Source of the DNA: Antedon mediterranea
Lineage: Eukaryota > Animalia > Echinodermata
Reading direction: 5' to 3'
Assembly: GCF_964355755.1 (NCBI RefSeq)
Contig: NC_092672.1
Location: 13,144,001-13,208,000 of the forward strand
Length of the DNA: 64,000 nt
Both the position numbers and the translations under genes were made by a program. The notes below the pieces were generated by a model that did no database searches, was not told the DNA's origin, and saw nothing but the letters and a program-made list of their open reading frames with translations. Positions within the stretch are counted from its first letter, which is position 1, and each line of letters opens with the position of its first letter. Below, one piece after another: positions 61,917-64,000 of the stretch.

Positions 61917-63551
61917 ATGTTGAACGCTAAAGAGTATCTAAGTCTGGCAATTCTGACATTTGGTGCGTCAATGACGTCTGCAGGTTAGTAACCATCTTTT
62001 TGCAAAACGTTATATATTTTTTTATTTTGAAAAATATTTGTGTCCTATTTAAATTGCATATCGTTTATTTTAGTTTGCCACAAATCAATAAGTTTTACTT
62101 AGTCTCAAGAGTAGTAGGTTACACTATTATTATAATTATTGTTGGAGAGACACACCTTACCGGTGACAGCGTTTGTTTAATGCTTTTGTCTTTCCTCGGC
62201 CTCGTGTCTTGTTTTTCATATATATATATATATTTTTATGTTTTTTTTTGTAATTATTATTTATGTTTATTGCCGAAATGAATAAAATAAATAAATAATA
62301 AATAAATAAAATTGGCACTGTGATACATCTACATTGAAAATCAAATCATATTGGAAATTAATTAATTACCTTAAAGATGTATTGTGTCCCTGAAAAATAA
62401 ACATTTTTTAATCCACTCTGAAAAAAAAATGGATCGAAACAAATTGTATTTACATGAAAAAAATGTAATTGAATAATAATTTAAAGCAAAAAATGGTAAA
62501 ATTGGCTGCCAGCCAATGGGGTTTTGGTTGAGTTTAACCATTTATTTTGTAATTTTATAAGTTTTATATCGTTTTTAATCCCCATAAGCAATTAACTTTA
62601 TTAAAACTACAAAATAATGTATTCAAAGTCTGATTTAAATAATCTTCATCTTTCAAGTTTTGGAGGACAATACATCTTTAATCAATTTAAACAGAAGCTA
62701 GTATCCTACTCCGCCTTCTCATTAGATGTACGTACTAATATTTCGTACACCAATAAATTTGCTGTAATGTTTATAAACTTTAGTATTTTTTAACATTATT
62801 TGTATATTTCTTGCATAATTTTACCTGTAATTGTGTTCTTTAATTCCATGGAAGACTAAAAAAATATACAATTGTATGTATTAACAATGCCGTTTCACGG
62901 TTTATGTTTTTTTTTATATTTGTATTGACTTGGTTTAATTTGATCCAATTGCTTTTAAAATAAAATTGTACACAGTAATAGAGATCTGTTATTCCTGGAG
63001 TACGGTGATTACTTAAGCACAATGGCAGTATACAAATAAAAAAAGTGTTTTTGAATAGTTGACGTGATGTTATTGCTTTTTTTGTGATGGGAAGTTTTAC
63101 TAAAATTTGTACCATATTTTGTTTTTAGCCAATACCACAATGGTATCTATACGTAAATAAGATACAATATTATATTTTACAGATGTTTTGGATTTCACAA
63201 TAGTGGTTAATAGTGCCGTGGTTGATGCAAACGATGAGGTTAATTTTGGTGGATACCTACATAAATCAGAAGAATCAACATTAATATTTCTAGGTCAAAA
63301 TATCCTTACAGAAACTGATTCTAATGAAAATGAAGTGGAATGGACGGATGGTGATAACCCGCCGATAGTCTTAGATAATTCATTCTTTCCAACTGGAACA
63401 AGTTTAGGCACAGAAACGACTTCAGAATACCAGGCTTTGATAATGACAATGCCCAACAGTAGTGGTATTGCAGAAGTAGGATCGTTTTACGGAAAAGCAA
63501 TGGCTCAAAGCAAAGAAGAATTTATACCTTTTGTTATTCTAAATTCAAATG
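61917..63551 (+). CDS. Tie-like receptor copy 4 (3'-partial; exons 1-2, continues beyond the window)
   Basis: Signal-peptide exon 61917-61983 and Ig1-like exon 63183-63551, near-identical to copies 2 and 3. The window ends just before the exon 3 acceptor. Confidence 0.85.
62375..62677. mobile_element. Kolobok-like MITE in intron 1 (copy 4)
   Basis: Same position and sequence as 23965-24269. Confidence 0.75.
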
Positions 63552-64000
63552 GTAGTTTTCTATTTTTGTTTTTGGTTTCATTTTCTATAGACTGATCGTC
63601 TGAAATGGTATGGGGAAAGGAAAAGTCATCGGCATCAATAACAATACAATTATAAACACGTCTATATGTCATAGGCCTTATAGTATAAGATCATTTTAAA
63701 GACCAAAATAATATTCAGTCTTGTGTAAAGTCTATACTTCCATGCTTAAACATTGACCCGACACGATTGACATGATCTTTTTTTTTCTTTACGCCTTCCG
63801 TCGGACAATATTAACGATGGCGACAGGTACATGAACTCATTTAGACATAAACTGCATACATCGCACGCATGTATTGTTTTTTGTTCTTAATCTCTATTTT
63901 CCATTCTTATTACTTGTAATGTCTTTCTTTTATTTATATTGTTGTTACATTATTGTTGTTATGGTATGCGTAATGTAACTGTAACAAAAATAAAACTAAA

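Larger units (their letters stand above)
1..64000 (+). repeat. Head-to-tail segmental tandem duplication, unit ~18-22 kb
   Basis: Exons, introns, 3' UTR and the intergenic spacer all recur in the same order. ATGs are at 23525, 43815 and 61917; the tail-exon stop codons end at 19125, 41363 and 59452. Confidence 0.95.

Noticed and set aside
1-64000. Prokaryotic or phage system, or CRISPR array
   Set aside because: Spliceosomal GT-AG introns, animal domains and eukaryotic TEs throughout; no regularly spaced repeat-spacer array.
1-64000. The array as a pure assembly artefact (duplicated haplotypes)
   Set aside because: Each copy has distinct TE insertions with TSDs, and copy 2 has strongly diverged introns, so at least several real paralogs are likely. 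Long-read confirmation is still needed.

Overview
AT-rich, intron-containing animal DNA; it looks like an invertebrate deuterostome such as an echinoderm, but that is inference only. The window is a head-to-tail tandem array (about 18-22 kb period) of four copies of one 19-exon, + strand gene. Copy 1 lacks exons 1-2 (before the window) and stops at 19125. Copy 2 has its ATG at 23525, copy 3 spans 43815-59452 (1276 aa by my manual splice model), and copy 4 shows exons 1-2 only, from 61917. The protein is a type-I membrane receptor: signal peptide, then two copies of a [Tie-type Ig1-like, Ig2, 4 EGF/laminin-EGF exons, FN3] module, then FN3, TM and a ~120-aa cytoplasmic tail. The ectodomain resembles Tie1/Tie2, but there is no kinase; the tail instead has ITIM-, ITSM-, YxN- and PxxP-type motifs. 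Copy 2 has a 7-bp deletion that places a stop right after the TM, predicting a tail-less paralog. The copies are mosaics of one another and differ most in one segment of the second Ig1-like domain. Introns and spacers carry many copy-specific insertions: Academ-, Kolobok-, P- and Harbinger-like elements, nested Helitrons, LINE fragments and a 5S-derived element. Most short ORFs in the supplied track are exon read-throughs or noise. All gene models were spliced by eye from GT/AG sites and cross-copy comparison, with no expression data.
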